A DNA stretch of 64,000 bases, from assembly GCA_045638525.1 (NCBI GenBank), contig JAZUBQ010000008.1, positions 13,233 through 77,232 on the forward strand, given 5' to 3'. Below are positions 63,606 through 64,000 of the stretch, piece by piece; the stretch's first letter is position 1; each line of letters opens with the position of its first letter. The notes below the pieces were generated by a model. The model did no database searches, had not been told where the DNA came from, and was given only the letters and a program-made list of their open reading frames with translations. The position numbers were made by a program, and so were the translations under genes. This DNA comes from Clostridia bacterium. GTDB taxonomy: Bacteria; Bacillota; Clostridia; UMGS1840.

Positions 63606-64000
63606 ATGACGAAGAAGATCTTAGCGTTTTTTACGGCGATTGTTCTGTGTGTAACAACAGTTGGCGTAATGAGTGCTTCTGCAGCAACCGTGGCAAGTGG
63701 AAACTGTAGTAGCACTATTACCTGGACCTTGGATTCCAACGGCGTTTTGACTGTCAGCGGTACCGGAAAAATTCCGGATTATGAGTCGGGGACAACGCCT
63801 TGGAACAGCAAAAAGGGTACCATCAACAAAGTTGTGATTGGTGACGGAATTACTTCCGTTGGTACATGGGCGTTCTATGGCAGCTCAAATTTGGAAACAG
63901 TATCCATTGGTAACACCGTTACCGACATTGGACTGCGTGCCTTTGCGACCTGTAAGAAAATCACCAATCTGACTATCCCAAACAATGTTCTTTCCATCGG
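63606..64000 (+). CDS. Secreted BspA-type leucine-rich-repeat surface protein (5' part; continues beyond window)
   Basis: Not in the ORF track because there is no stop in the window. GGAGG is followed 8 nt later by an ATG at 63606. Signal peptide MTKKILAFFTAIVLCVTTVGVMSASAA, then CSSTITWTLDSNGVLTVSGTGKIPDY...VVIGDGITSVGTWAFYGSSNLETVSIGNTVTDIGLRAFATCKKITNLTIPNNVLSI, which is the LRR_5/BspA pattern. Confidence 0.8.
   Translation, partial: MTKKILAFFTAIVLCVTTVGVMSASAATVASGNCSSTITWTLDSNGVLTVSGTGKIPDYESGTTPWNSKKGTINKVVIGDGITSVGTWAFYGSSNLETVSIGNTVTDIGLRAFATCKKITNLTIPNNVLSI

Overview
The window is a moderately AT-rich, Clostridia-type Firmicutes chromosome segment; spoIID, spoIIM and a SpoVD/PBP2B-like PBP are present. 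All calls come from reading the sequence and the ORF translations by eye, with no searches run.

Layout:
- (i) 1-17,906, plus strand: one tightly packed Wzx/Wzy-type surface-polysaccharide operon. It encodes PglE/PglC/PglD-like priming genes, a TviB/TviC-like UDP-HexNAc dehydrogenase and 4-epimerase, three GT4 glycosyltransferases, two tandem EpsG paralogues and a Wzx flippase. It also carries two LicD + glycerol-3-phosphate cytidylyltransferase pairs, an unusual cytoplasmic GDPD-domain protein, an NTP_transf_5-like protein and VanZ.
- (ii) 17.9-47.1 kb: housekeeping genes. These are spoIID, mreB/mbl, mnmG, an OmpR/HK pair, hslO, metK, an ABC-F ATPase, a CDF transporter, ygiQ, folD, an LtaS-family protein, yfcE, nif3, spoIIM, an LDH-family dehydrogenase, mntR-azlDC, an mtaD-like gene, yigZ, hflX and a Cof hydrolase.
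- (iii) 47.1-62.0 kb, minus strand: a dcw cluster, mraZ-rsmH-ftsL-pbp-murE-murF-mraY-ftsW-murG-murA-ftsQ-DUF881-sbp-ftsZ. An MraZ-box-like operator lies upstream of mraZ.
- (iv) 62.3-64.0 kb: tRNA-Val(UAC) followed by a short AT-rich accessory islet, then the 5' end of a secreted BspA-type LRR protein. The islet holds a TGTGAAATA motif array, a four-helix-bundle protein, a SHOCT-domain remnant and orphan terminators.

I saw no CRISPR array, rRNA, transposase, integrase or recognisable defence or toxin-antitoxin system.

The least conventional content is:
- the glycerol-phosphate decoration module of the polysaccharide operon, meaning the duplicated LicD/TagD pairs, a relic licD 5' end and the tandem GDPD-like protein with an Ig-like tail but no signal peptide;
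- a structured GC-rich palindromic element 3' of the LDH-family gene;
- an Arg at the LDH/MDH specificity position of that dehydrogenase;
- the motif array next to tRNA-Val.

Many ORF-track starts look over-extended, so I moved them to internal starts that have Shine-Dalgarno support.
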